Of a DNA stretch of 64,000 bases, positions 37,097-49,719 are shown in pieces. The notes under the pieces were generated by a model. That model had not been told where the DNA came from and ran no database searches. It worked only from the letters and a program-made list of their open reading frames with translations. Position 1 is the stretch's first letter, and the number at the start of each line of letters is the position of its first letter. This stretch comes from Vitrella brassicaformis CCMP3155 (taxonomy: Eukaryota; Protista; Chromerida), in assembly GCA_001179505.1 (NCBI GenBank), contig CDMY01000973.1, forward strand, positions 1 through 64,000. Reading direction: 5' to 3'. The translations under genes were made by a program, and so were the position numbers.

Positions 37097-40000
37097 ATGC
37101 ATCCGTTTCCGAGCGCAAATAGCGACGGGCCGACCCGCCCGCCGAGCGCTATGAATGCATCGGTACGAAATGGCCACGATACCTCACCAGAGCGTCAGAT
37201 CTGCCATTCATGCCTCTTTTCTCGTGTTTCTTCCCTGCAGCAAATTCAATCAAGCACACCCCAGCCATACGTACCTCCCGCACAACAGGCTATGAACCTC
37301 CCGCAACATCCCACCACGACGCAGAACCAAATCACACAGGTACCGACCACAAAGGCGGGAGCGAGGTGGACGGATGGATGGGAGGGTGAGATGTCGCCTC
37401 CGTGTTGCTCTTCTTCATGTCTCTCCTCAGGGTGTGGCCGGCTCGTACCCGCAGCCGTACCAGCACCAGCAGCAGTACCAGCAGCAGCCGCTCGGCGGCC
37501 CTGCTGGTTGTCAGCCGACAGACTCGGAATTCCAGCAGGTATCTGACTCGTCCGCCCACTCTCACACACCAACAAACACCAAGTGCGTCGAATGTGTGTC
37601 GTGTGTGTGTGTGTGTGTTGGTCAGGATGAGGACACTGCCACGGTGATCGCTCGCGATGTTGGTCAAATGAGGCAGGACGACACTGCTCGAGTCATAGCA
37701 ATTTTGGCGGTCGCCCCGCACAAAGGCAGCGGGTCAGCAACACACACTTGGGCGGCTGGACGGCTTTTTGCACGCGTGTGGTCATTTGTTGTGCAGGAGC
37801 GAGCAGCCTGCAAAGAGCACGACGCCATTCCAGCTAGAAGCATTCGACCGCCAAACCCTCGGGCAGCTCGGCGTACGTATGATGCCCGCCCAACACGTGT
37901 GTATGCCATCCATCCATCCATCAGATTGAGCCCCCTATGAAGATCGGAGACATCACCGGCTCCCTCCGTGAGCTGGTCACATATCACTACGGTGAGTCCA
38001 TCTAGCCATGCAAGAGAGAGGGAGAGAAAGAGAGAGACCAACAGCCATCCATTCACTCTTTCCCTCTCTGCAGACGATGTGAGTGGTGGAGATTTCCAGC
38101 AGCTGCATCAGACCGAGAAGGCACATGTCCAGGGGGTGATCGCACTGCAGTGTACGTTGATCGACCAACCTTCTGCACACACACATCCACACAAGTGTCT
38201 CTTGTGTGCAGTGGTGAAGGGGGTCCTGTGCCACAGCCGCTGCCGCATCGAGGAGGACATAGACATCGATTTGCTGAGCCACAAGGTCAGCCATGCACCT
38301 CTTCTATGGATTTCCCTCTGATCCATTGTCTATGTGTTCTGTATGTGCAGACCGTTTTGGAGTTGAGTGAGGACTTCGTGGCAGCGTCAACCCCACCACC
38401 TCAGTCGAGCGGCAGCTTGAAATTGCCCGGGCCATCTACACCGTCCTGCACACCACCCCCGCTGGTGAGTGAGACGCTGTGCTCTGCTGCTCTATTGCCT
38501 GCATTGCTCTTCTCTCTTTCAGGTACTTCTTCTGCTCGGCCATCTGTGCCAGGCGGCCCAGGTCCTCCAGGTCCTCCCCCTTCCATCATGCGAGCTGCTG
38601 GGACGACTGGCGATGGAGGAGAGGGGACGGCGGCCGTGACGACTTCGTCCCAGGGCGGCACCGGGGCTGAAGAAGGAGCGGGTGGTGGTGGGGGTGTCGG
38701 TTCTGGCGCTGGGGTTGGCGGTGGCGATGGGGTAGATGTGGATGGTGCAGCAGGTGCTCTCGTCGGCCTGACGGTAGAACAGCAGGTGGGGCACATTGCA
38801 GCAAGAGGAGACAGCCGACAGACACACAGTGCATTGTGCGTGTTGTCTGTGTGTGTGTGTGTGTGCGTGTGTGTGTGTGCGTGTGTGTGTGGCAGTTTGT
38901 TGGCGAGGGGAGGGCGCCGCTCCAGAGCGACCCGATGGCGCCGCCGGAGAGCGACCCGGTCATGGATCTCGTGGACAACGAACAAGCCCTTACCGCGTTG
39001 GCATCGGTCCTCGTCGCCTCTACAAAGAAGGAGAAAGAGGATGGGTCAGCAACACACACTCATAGGTGGCTGGGTGGCTGGGTGGCCTTTAGGAAGCGTG
39101 TGGTCGGTCATTGTGAGTGCAGGAGACAGCAGCAGCCAGCCCCCAGCACCGCCAAGACTCGACCCAAGAGGAAACACCTAAATACCAACCAACAGGTAGA
39201 GAGGGACAGGGAAAGGAAAGGCTCGATGGACTCTTATGTCTGTGTGTGTGTGTGTTTGCGCCGTATGTCTATGTAGCCTAGCTGTGAGTTGCACATCGAT
39301 GAAACGACCCGGGACACCCTCAACGCCCTCGGCGTACGTATGAAACGATGCCCTGCAGACATCCATCCATCCACCCGTCAATCCTTCTGTGCGTGGTGTG
39401 TCCATCCCTCCATCAGATTGAGGTCTCGTCCATCCGTACCAGTGAGGGCATCAATGATGCGGTGGTCACCCTTCTCAACAAAGTGCATGGTGAGTCGATA
39501 GGCGGAGGCATGCACAGAGAGGGAAAGAGAGAGAGAGAGAGAGACCACCAGCCCCCCACCAACACGCCATACGTCATGTGTCTGTCTGCAGGCAAGGACA
39601 GCACGCAGCTGAGCGCGGGAGAGATGACGAATCGCAAGAGACGCACCGCTACCAAACGTACGTGGGTCGACCAACACCAATGCACACACACATGCACACC
39701 CCCGTGTCTGTTGTAGTCTGCAGTGATCCAGGCCATACTCATGCGCTATGGATGCCCCGGTGTGGATGAGCAACGGATTGACATCGACGGGTGGCGGAAC
39801 ATGGTGAGCATTCCATGCAGACCAAGAGCATCGTGATGGAATAGCCTCCTGCCTGGGTTGTGTATGTCGTGTGTGCAGGAGGTGCGTGAGGTGCGCTACG
39901 CCCTTGAACGCATCGGGGTGGTCGGCAAGAAGGTCGAGGTGTTGCATGAGATAGCAAAGACCATCCACAAAGCGCTCGATATCGCTCTGGCTGGTGAGTG

Positions 40001-40186
40001 AGACGCCATGGCTACCACCCGCAATTGATGCCTGCCTTATCGTCCTTGCCTGTCTCTCTATCACGCTCGTCAGCTGGCCCCTCCCCCGGTGGCCCCCCTG
40101 CCTCTTCGGGCGCGACCAGCAGCGCCGCGGGCCCCGGCGGTGGTGCTGCTGCAGCTGCTGCTGCTGCTGAGTCATCGACACAGTAG
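37097..40186 (+). CDS. Hypothetical multi-exon protein with two internal repeat domains
   Basis: Runs MHPFPSANS... to ...AESSTQ*. Repeats TLGQLG|IEPPMK...LVKGVLCHSRC..IDID and TLNALG|IEVSS...LIQAILMRYGC..IDID share intron positions. Confidence 0.65.
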
Positions 40187-41304
40187 CACTGACTCCATCT
40201 GCCTCCTACTCTGTCTCTATCAAAAGACCGGTCTAGAGCTGACATCCATCCATCCATCCATCTCCGTGTCGACCTATGCGTGGGTCATACAGTACTCCCT
40301 CACTTGTGGTGCTTACTTGGGTGTCTGCATACATTCATCCAATGTGTGTGTGTGTGTGCAGTGAGTGGGTGGGTATGGAACATGCTCTATCGAAGCGATG
40401 TTCTGGACCAGCCTCTCTCTCTTCTCTCTCCTCGCTCCCCTCGGTTGTCAGTGTCTTGGGCAGATGGGAGGGTGGATGATGCGCGCGTCTCTCGGCACGC
40501 AGTATCCCGTACCCTGTTCAGCCGTCGTGGTGCCTACTTTGTGGGGCCATAGATAGACACCTCTTCGCGCTGTCTATGCTATTTTCTTCCCCACCAGCAG
40601 CGAGAGAGACAGAGAGAGAGCCCGGTGCACACAAGACACACACTTCCTTCCCGAGTGACCCGCCATAAGTGCTTCTCGACATATCGATAGTAGGCAATCT
40701 GGTTCAGGTTTGAACCTATTGCCTGCATCGGTGTCGGTGGGCGCCACTCAAGCCGCGTATCTACCTCACTCGGATCTCGCTTTTCAGCACATGTGTGGTC
40801 GGAAGGATACACACATGAATCGACTGGTCTCGCCGTTTCTGGCTATCGTCGCCTACGTTTTATATCTGTTGGTTCCGTTTATCCATTTCTCTCGCCTTTT
40901 GCGCGGTGGGTGTGTGTGGGGGGGAAGGGGGGCGGGGGGCCACGGAGAGACGCATACGTGCTAATCAACCACTCCCCCATGACTTTATCGGAGTTTATCC
41001 ATCATTCATTAGAGATGCACGCAGCAAGTTGTGGGAGGGACAGACACTCACTGACCCGTCTCAATTATCGATTGCTGTACTTGAAAACACTTCTGTCTTG
41101 CACCATTCGTGTGACCACACACAGATTCAGCTCGCCCCTGCATTCAGGACACGGCGTTGCTGAATGTGTGTGCGTGCGGAGGGAAGCACCGCAGCTCAGT
41201 GGAGACACTCACTTACTCTTCTTTCGCATGAATGGCGTGGCATGGACGGATGGAACGATGACCATGAACACTCGCTTTGAAAGGACACATGGCATGGCAT
41301 TGCA

Positions 41305-41404
41305 TCCATCCATCCATCGAGCAGAGTGGTCACTTGCAATCAGCACCCGCTTTGCAAGGCGTGTGTTGGTTGCAAGTGACCACTCTGCTCGATGGATGGA
41401 TGGA
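41305..41404. repeat. Perfect 35-bp inverted repeat forming a ~100-nt hairpin
   Basis: 41305-41339 is the exact reverse complement of 41370-41404. The inner segment also pairs, with two G-U pairs and one mismatch. Confidence 0.95.
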
Positions 41405-41849
41405 CGGACGGACACATGGACGGATGGATGAATAATTGACTTGATACATACATATTCACCTTCAAGGTGTCTGTCCGTCTATCCCACACGTCACGTGTCC
41501 GTCCCCTCCCGCCCACATGCCATCCATGCGTCTCTATCAACACAGCACGGCGTGTACATGAGCGCACCGCACCCACCCGTGGCTGGCATGAATGAATCAA
41601 ACGTCAGCACCCTTGATATGCGCCCACCCTGGCGGCACACACACAGACACAGAGGGCAAGAACAACTCGATACGAAATTGGAAGCCACTTAAGGGTGGTT
41701 GATTGCGGCGTACTGTCATGTGTGGGACACTCTGTTGAGTAGCTGCCGTCATCCAGACCGTCACCGTCGCTGCCGTCTACGCCACACGCGCACACACAGA
41801 AGGCATGTCGTGGATGCATACGTGTGAAGGTGTCTGCCCGTACCATCGT

Positions 41850-42790
41850 AATCGCTGTTGTCGTCCTGCTGGTCTTCTGCCTGTCCGTCGAACACGACAC
41901 ACACTCACAGACATTGACCGATCCATCACACACACATCACAACGGGTACGTGTGGCTTTGTGTGCGTACCCATATGTGGCCCTCTATCTGTCTCTGGTGG
42001 GTCTTGCGTGTGATGTACACTGCCGTGGCGGCCAACAGGCGGACATCGCACACGGCCAGGTCGACGTCGCACATCGACAGAACTGCACACACAGAGGCAC
42101 AGACAGACAGGAAAGGCCATTCGGCAGCTGGAGATGTCTGTGTGTGATTGACTGACCATGAGCTTCTTGGCGAATGAGAACAGGTGTCCGTGTGTGTCCA
42201 TCATGGCAGGGGCGAAGAGCCCCTCCAGACGCTTGATGCCGCATGCAGAACTATCAACCACCGCACGGTCCATCACCTGAGCACCCACATAGCCAGAGAG
42301 AAAGACAGACAGAAAGATATGTCGGTGTCCCTCTCGTGTGAGTTGGAGGGCCTGGTCACCGGTTTGGACAGTTTATCAGGCACTCCAATAGAGTAACATT
42401 TCAGCTGCGGCTCGTGCAGCTTCACACAGGCATCCAAACACGCAGCTGGTACCTGCGCACGTAAGAGCACACACAGACAAATGATGGACACACGCATAAA
42501 CGAGCTGGCCTCTCATGACGAGTCGATGAGTTTGTGGGCGGAGCAGATGTCGAGCAGCCGCACCGCCCGCATGGTGGTCGTGTCACGCAGGCAGTCCACC
42601 CGTGAGGCCATCTCCACTATGCGATTCACCAGCAAAGCTGCACGAAGGAAGGAATGGCAGACATACAGCTCATATACGCTGCGCGTCATGTATTGTTTTG
42701 TCTTGGCGGTGCAGAACCTCGGACGCAGCGGAACCGGTGAGGCCTCTGCGACGGCCAAACATAGGGCACCACCTGATCCTTCCACCACAT
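41850..42790 (-). pseudogene. Divergent cyclin-fold protein, probably disrupted
   Basis: RAALLVNRIVEMASRVDCLRDTTTMRAVRLLD, ACLDACVKLHE, IKRLEGLF and VLSMCDVDLAVCDVRLLAATAVYITRK align by eye with successive cyclin-box helices. A stop at 42513-42515 or a frameshift breaks the frame. Confidence 0.5.
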
Positions 42791-43023
42791 GATCCTGGCT
42801 GCGCCGTGATCAGCTGCTCAGCGATGAATCAATGCCATCAGACGGTGTTTCTTTCGCCAATTTTCATCCAGAACCCTCACCCCTATGAACACTGAGGCCA
42901 TTTGGTGGAAGAACAAGACCAGCCCTGCATGGCGATCGGCTGCCATTCTCATTTCCAAGCTCGCAAATTCCTCGGCGCATTGATCTGAGTGATTCTGGCC
43001 TGACTGTGAGGTTCTGAGGCGTC

Positions 43024-45179
43024 ATGGAGAAGCGCCATTGCGAAGTGTAAGCCTGGCGGCGCACGACGGTCAAAGCGAACCACTTCACGCGCTTGTCTGT
43101 CTTGCTTCCTCCAGGTGCCATAAGGAGCCTTTCCGCTACACGTGTCCGCGATGCAGCATCGTCTACTGCAGCCTCGCATGCTACAAAGTACTTCGGCAAA
43201 CACGCACAGCGCTCCTTCGGTGTGTGTCTGATCACTGGTTGCGTTGAGTTGGTCGTTCAGGTGCACGGCTCCGAGTGCACGGATAGGTTCTACCAGAGTC
43301 AGGTGGAGGATCAGCTGAAGGGCCAGCGGGTGACGCCCGAGGAGCGCAGGCGGTTCGAGAAAGTGCTGTGGAAGCTGCACCGGCTCGACATGGAGGATGG
43401 GGATCAAGATGAGCACGCCGAGGGGGAGGGGGAGGAGGCAGCACCAGACGACGCCGAAGGGGAGGTGGATATCGCAGGGGGGGAGGAGGCCTTCAACGAA
43501 GCTGACGAGCGATACGAGGAGCTCAGGGAGAAGGCTGAACGTACGCAAGCAGCACAAAGCAGACTGGACCGATGGACGGATGGACCTGCTTGAGGCGTCT
43601 GATCTTTATCTGTGGCCGCTTGTTGTGTGCTATTGTGTGCTGTGGTGTGGCAGGTGGCGAGCTGAGTTTGGCTGACCTGACCCCCGAGGAGCAGCAGCAG
43701 TTTCGCTCGGCGCTGAAGCGGGGCGACCTCCACCAATTCATCGACCCGTATGCGCCATGGTGGAACCAGGTGAATGATTGGCTGGCCAACCCGCGAACGC
43801 CACAGCATATTCCCAAGGCTGACTGGCTGGCTGTGTGGATGTGATGCGATCAGTGTGTGTTGGATGAAAGCGGTCCCGTGCCGCCCCATGTGTGCTGCGG
43901 TGCCAACCGGAAGGCCAGCGACCTCGTGGCGCACACGCTCATATCCATCCTGTACGTAAACCGCTGCCACAGACAGACAGACAGGGAGGGAGGGAGGGAG
44001 GGAGCGTGGGTGCATTAGTCAGCTTGCTATCTATCTGGCTGCCTCCATCCATCCATCCATCCATCTCTCAGGTATGGATACGCCCACGTGATGCGCCGGT
44101 GTGAGGGGCAGTGGGCCGAGAGCCCGACTGCATGGGCGGCACAGCTGCTCGCAATGGCCCTGGTGAGCTACACAACACAGTATCGTGTATCGAAGTACGT
44201 TTGTCGTGTGTGGCCGTGTGTATGTGTGTATGTGTGTGTGTGCAGTGGCTGAGCTCCTCCGAGCAGCCGCCCGCCAGCCTCGTTGCTTGCCTCGACCGCC
44301 TCATCCAGACACCAACGGAGGCGCCAGTCCGTGTGGTGGATCGTCAGTTCAACCTCAACTGCATGGCCGACGTGGCTTCTTTATTGGCGACAAGGGACAG
44401 GGCAGGCAGAGCCATCAGGGTAGGCACAAGGAGGCACAAGGAGGCGCAATGGCTGAGTTTCATCGGCTGGGTGTTTCGGCGGTTTGGCTGTCTGTGTAGG
44501 AGTGTGCCGAGCTGATTGAGAGCCTCACACCGAAGGGCACCAAATCAAGTGAGTCTTTGGGGGAGGGGAAGCATTGGCAGTTCGTCCGTTCCATGAGCAC
44601 ATGCCCCTCACCTGTATGTCTATCCCCTGCAGAGCGGTGGTTGTTCGGCGTTTCCAAGAAGCTTGACTTCGTGGCATCCTTTGCACACCACCACTTCAAC
44701 GTCGTCGAGAAACTTGTTCCCAAGGTCAATAGGCAAGGCAGACACACAAAGCAAAGCAGTGACGGACGATCATTTCTCCAATGTTGTCTGCTCCGCTCCG
44801 CTCCTTCCTGCAGCTTGATGTCTGGTGCCAGGACCGGCAGCAGAGACTTGACAGTGAGCGTCAGGCGGCGGAGGCCATCCCGCTGACCACACACACACTC
44901 ACTGCCACACCTCCTCCGTCATCTCTCACCCCCTCCACGCCACTCATCAAGGGCCTCCCGGCCGAACCAGATCGGCTCAGCCACATCAAGTCGCCGGCCA
45001 CGTTGACGGGCGAAGCTGAGAAGGGTGCTGCCGTCAGTGTGAGGGGCATGCTGCGTTCGAAGGGACAGGACACGACTACTGAAGGAGAGAGGGGGAGGCG
45101 GGGAGTGCTGATAGAGGAGGTGGGTGAAGGGGCAGGGGGCGGGGAGGAGCCGCCGGCTGATCTCGAGACGCTGGACTGA
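43024..45179 (+). CDS. ZNHIT2: Zinc finger HIT domain protein 2-like
   Basis: Spliced HCEVCHKEPFRYTCPRCSIVYCSLACYKVHGSECTDRFYQSQV (zf-HIT plus CTxxFY), then LTPEEQQQF...PWW and YGYAHVMRR blocks typical of ZNHIT2. Confidence 0.8.
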
Positions 45180-45359
45180 TGGATGGATGGACGGATGGAC
45201 GGGTGGATATGTTGTGCTTGTATGGGTGACTGGCACGTGCTCTCTGTGTGGATAGCGGTCGGAATCATCTGTGTGCTCTTTTCACCGCAGTGCGGACCCC
45301 ATCGCAGCGAACGTAAACACAACGCGAGCAACAGCTCCCCCAGCTTTTCAAAAGTAGCG

Positions 45360-45801
45360 ATGCAGAACATTGTCCCTTTTCCCCCGCGCATTCCTGGCAG
45401 CATGGTGAGTGACACTCACGCGCCAGCCAGCGTGGATCACCCACTCCATCCTCCTTTGTCTGCGTTTCTGTCTTGTCCATCAGCTGGAGGACAGTGATGG
45501 TTGCAAGGTGACGATATTGGGCGAGATCGTGACGACTGCCGGCAACAACGTGACGGTCAGGATGAGTGACGGCACGAGCGTCGTGTGCGGCATCCTGGCG
45601 GACGAGCTGCCGCAGGGGAGCAAGTTCATCGAGTTCGAGGGCCAGGTCAAGAAGGAGGGGCAGACCATCAAGGTCATCAAGGATAGCGGCGCCAAGGTGC
45701 GGCCGCTGCACGACGTCGACATGGCCTTCATGAACAGGGCCATCAACCTCACCTACAACGCGACTCTGACGCACCTCTACAGCCTACCGCAGCAGCAGTA
45801 G
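45360..45801 (+). CDS. RPA3: Replication protein A 14-kDa subunit (OB-fold)
   Basis: Exons 45360-45404 and 45484-45801. ~120 aa, with PRIPGSML...KVTILGEI...KFIEFEGQV...DVDMAFMNRAINL. Confidence 0.75.
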
Positions 45802-46580
45802 AGACCATAGACGATAGACGGAGGGAGGGAGGGAGGGAGGGCGGAGCGTAGTACGTGCGCGGCATACAACAATATGGATGGGTATGTAGTGAGAGTGTTT
45901 TCCTCGGTGCTTTCGCGCGGTTGATTTAGGTGGAGGCGTAGATGAGGCCCTTTGTTGTGAATAGTGAATGTCCGGGGGCACACATGTGGTTGGCTGCCTG
46001 ATCACACGACATGACATGGGTACCATGCACGCCCGTAGCTGCTCCGTGTTGGCTTCAACCATCATGACTCTCCGTGCGTGACGTGACGGACGGACGGACC
46101 GACGAATGGATAATGGATAACGGATGTGTGTTGCTCGTGGCCGTGTCCATCCTGTGTCCTCACACACACAGCAAACACACTCGACACACACGCGCAATTG
46201 TCTTACAGTCAGCCAGTCAGCCAGTCAGTAACCAGGCAATTTGCACACATACACGGACATACACCGTCCGCACTCACACAGCGATTGATTACCTGCGTAT
46301 CGAACACACACGCACATAAAATGAATGCATTCACCATCGGAAAAACCCCTGCCTACAAGTGCGTGTGGTCTGCATGTTATGTACGGCGTGGCAGGCCTGT
46401 GCTGTCTGTCTGTTAGTGTACACGTCCTTCACACACTCCCTGCCACTGCAGTTGATGAATGAATGCAATGCGGCTGAGCAAAAAAGGCTCACACGGCCCT
46501 TCCCAGAAACAAGCTGCCTCCAATCAATCCATGTGTGTGGCCTGGTCGGTCGGTCGGTCGGTCGGTCGGCCACACATTAT

Positions 46581-49432
46581 TTATGGTGTGTACGCGTACG
46601 CAATGCCCACCTGCCTCCCCTTCCGTCCCCCCGCACTGCGCTTCCTCCTTCCTCTCTCCTCACCACCAGCCTCGCCGCCTTCATAGACCACTTCCGCCAT
46701 CTGCCCCTCTTCGCCGGACAGAGTGTATTGGGCTGTCATGAGAGGCGCGCTGACCGGGGGATAGACGTGGTTGTTGCTGTTGCTGTTGTTGTTGTTGTTT
46801 GCCGGCCTGCGGGGGCTGCATGGGCTGCTGGAACTGCCTGCAGAGGCGAGCAGAGTGGGGTAGGGGGCCGCCGGAGCCGGCTGTCTGCCTTGGCGGTCGA
46901 ATGTGTCGGCCAGGGGGGAGGGGAACGGTGACGGTCTGCTCTCTCTGGCGTCCTTTGGTCTTGTTGAGGCCCCATCGTTGCCGAAATGCGGCCGGGTTGC
47001 CCAGTCGGAGAAATAGTAGGGGTCGATATCCACAGCAAAGGCCTCCAGCGGCCCTCCACCACCGTCGTTTCGCTCCGATTCCCCCTCCTTCCGCGCGATA
47101 AACACCTTGACGGACACCAGCCCGTCATCCCCCGCCTCTCGCCTGTCAACGGGCATCGAGTCCCCCCTCCTCGGCGCGCTGCTCATCCACTCCGTGTCAC
47201 CCCGCCCCTCAGTCGCACTCCGTGCCCTCGGCACAAGCAGCTCATCACCACTCAAATCACCATCGAGAATCCCAATGCGGGTCTTCCGGCGAGGCAGGAT
47301 GCACCGGAAGAGGGGCGGGGAGCGGAGCGTCGAGCGACGTTCGTGTCGTGCGCTGGCGGCGCCCGGCAGGGGAGGGAGTGGGGGGGACGGCGGGGCCTCG
47401 CTCTGGGTCTCCAGCTCCCAGTCGAAGGAGGCGATCGTCACCTCGTCGGGCGGCACCGTGGCGTAGTGGGATGGCAGCCGATGGGGCGCACGGAAGCTGG
47501 GGTGGCGCGCCATGAGGTTGCGGAGACGCTGGATGGATGGATGGATGGATGGATAGACGCACAGGACACAAACGAGGTATGAGCTGGTGGTTTCTTGGTG
47601 TGTGTGTGTGTGGGTGAGGGTGTCGCGTATGCGTGCCTGTTGGGATAGAGCGAAGGTGAATCGGTATTTGGTGACGATCTGGACCACATAGTTGAGGAGC
47701 GCCTGACGCACATCCGCCTCGCGCTTCGGAGAGGGCGCCACCTGAGCAGGCACGACCAAAGAACGGATGAAATGCGGATCTTCCTCCAAACAAACACCTG
47801 ACCTTGATGGTCCGGCATCGTTGAGTGAGAGCGAACAGGCGGTCGAACACTCCCTGAATGGCGTCGTTCATCTCTGGCAGAGTCGACCGAAACTCCCATG
47901 GAAACACCTGGCACACACACAGAGACAGCGACAGCAGACATGTTCTCTCTCAGTCTTTGCTGGCTGGCTTGTTGTGTGCCCCACATGCTCACACACTTGC
48001 TGTGACTTGAGCGACGACACAAATCGCGTGAGGCCATCGAATTGCGCCACAAGCGTGCCCAGGTGTGTGTGCTGCTCGGTGGCTTCTCTGAAGATGGCCA
48101 CCAGCTGCTGCACAGACGGCTCGTAGTAGCTAAGCGGGTCAGCCGCCAGGCGACACTGCCACTCCTGCATGCCATGCATCCATCAACCACACCATTGATG
48201 TTGATGGGATGGACAGACAGACAGACAGACTTGCATCTCGGTAGGTCTTGTTGTCCTACTTACCTCCACATATGTGTAGCAGGATGGGCAGCACCTGGCC
48301 ACTCGTGACTCGCCTGAAATCAATGAGACCAGCAGCACCAGCCACATGAGATGAGGGATGGGAGGACTGGACAACCCCTGTCTGCCTTACCTTACCTGTG
48401 GCAACGTCCTGCGGTCTCCGTCGTGTCAGCCGTGGCGATGGCGGGGTGGTGCGGTCGGGGAGTCGGGGTGAGGACGGCTGGGAGGGCGGCTGCTGGGACG
48501 GGCGGAGGAGCGACACTTGATGGATACGACAGTCCTATGGATGGATGGATAGACAAATCAACCAATAAAGGATGGGACGTACGAATCGGACGGTTGGAGG
48601 ACCGTCATGCGCGCACCTTGCAAACTGGTTCGTGGCATATCTCACTGTGAGTGACCATCACACACACGGAGGAAGGGAAGCACACTCATCTGAGGAGCCA
48701 TCCACATCTGTCTGTCGTTCCCCTCACTCACCAGAACTGCTTGACCACTTGTGTGACGGCTGCCTTGCCCAGCTTGCCAATCTGCATCAGCCCCGGCGAC
48801 TTGACGAATGGCCGATGACAGAACCGACAGGTGGTGGCGTCACCAGCCGCATCAGCCGTGCCGTCCTCATTCGCTGATGCGGGCGGGGAGAGGGCGCCCT
48901 GGTGGGGCCGAGGAGGGGAAGACAGGAAGATGCGCAGCAGGTCCGCATCTGCATGCACAAACACACACACAAAAGGACCACAACGGACATACTCGTGAAT
49001 GAGTGTTTCGCGATGTGCTCTCGTCTTCAGCTCACCGTTCTTCTCGATGATCTCTCTGGCGATTTGGAGCCTCTTGGAGAGCGGAACACGCTGGGTCTGT
49101 CGTGCTTGGCGAAAGAGCCCACTTCTGTCCCTGGTGACGCCCAGGACTGCTGTAGAGGGCGGGACGGTGACACTGAGGGGAACAGGAGCGCCCTCCTTCG
49201 GTCCTCGCATCATCCCATGAATCAGTGACGCCGCATTCGACGGTTGCCTTGACCCTCTCCTCTGACTTTTCTGGCGAGGCAGCTGCAGGAGGGTCAGGTC
49301 GAACAGCTGCGAGAGCAGAGCAGCCATGAAATCCCCTTCTCCCTTCTCCTCCCCCACCTTGCGAGCTAAGCTTGCGAGCTTCCCGAATTTGAACTCATCC
49401 TGCGGCCTTGCATCTGGCCTTGTGGACGCCAT
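46581..49432 (-). CDS. FYVE-type zinc-finger protein, rabenosyn-5-like
   Basis: Eight Cys ligands assemble in phase over four exons, including a 28-nt micro-exon (48617-48644): CRFC...CEICHEPVCKDC...Pro/Ser insert...RVARCCPSCY, followed by helical segments. Confidence 0.7.
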
Positions 49433-49704
49433 CACGTCGGTGCAGTACACGGCTGCACACCAAAAGGAGAAGAACACCGCCTGGATCTTCCTCTCTCGTG
49501 CCTGCCTCTGTGCCTTCAGGTTCCGGCGAGGGCAGGGCCTCATGGGCAACACGTTTGCCCCGCCGGACGATTCAGCCAGGATAGGCCTGTTTGCGGTGGT
49601 GTTCGGCCCCACCAAGTGCGTCTACATCGATGACCATCCCTGCAACGAAAGCGCCGAGTTCACCTCCACCATGATGGACCGACACGCGGCAGCGGCATGC
49701 ACCA
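49371..49704 (+). repeat. ~335-bp direct repeat, copy 1 (partner 53547-53883)
   Basis: Aligns by eye with 53547-53883, at roughly 90% identity or better. Confidence 0.95.
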
Positions 49705-49718
49705 CCAGGAGGATTTGA
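49542..49718 (+). pseudogene. Truncated copy of the 53721-54122 gene
   Basis: MGNTFAPPDDSARIGLF...AAACT, after which homology stops and the frame ends TRRI*. Confidence 0.65.
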
Positions 49719-49719
49719 C

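Noticed and set aside
48728-49615. Start at the ORF-track GTG (MVGPNTT...) giving an overlapping bidirectional ORF with the MGNT gene
   Set aside because: Non-ATG start inside the duplicated block; the ATG at 49432 is more parsimonious.
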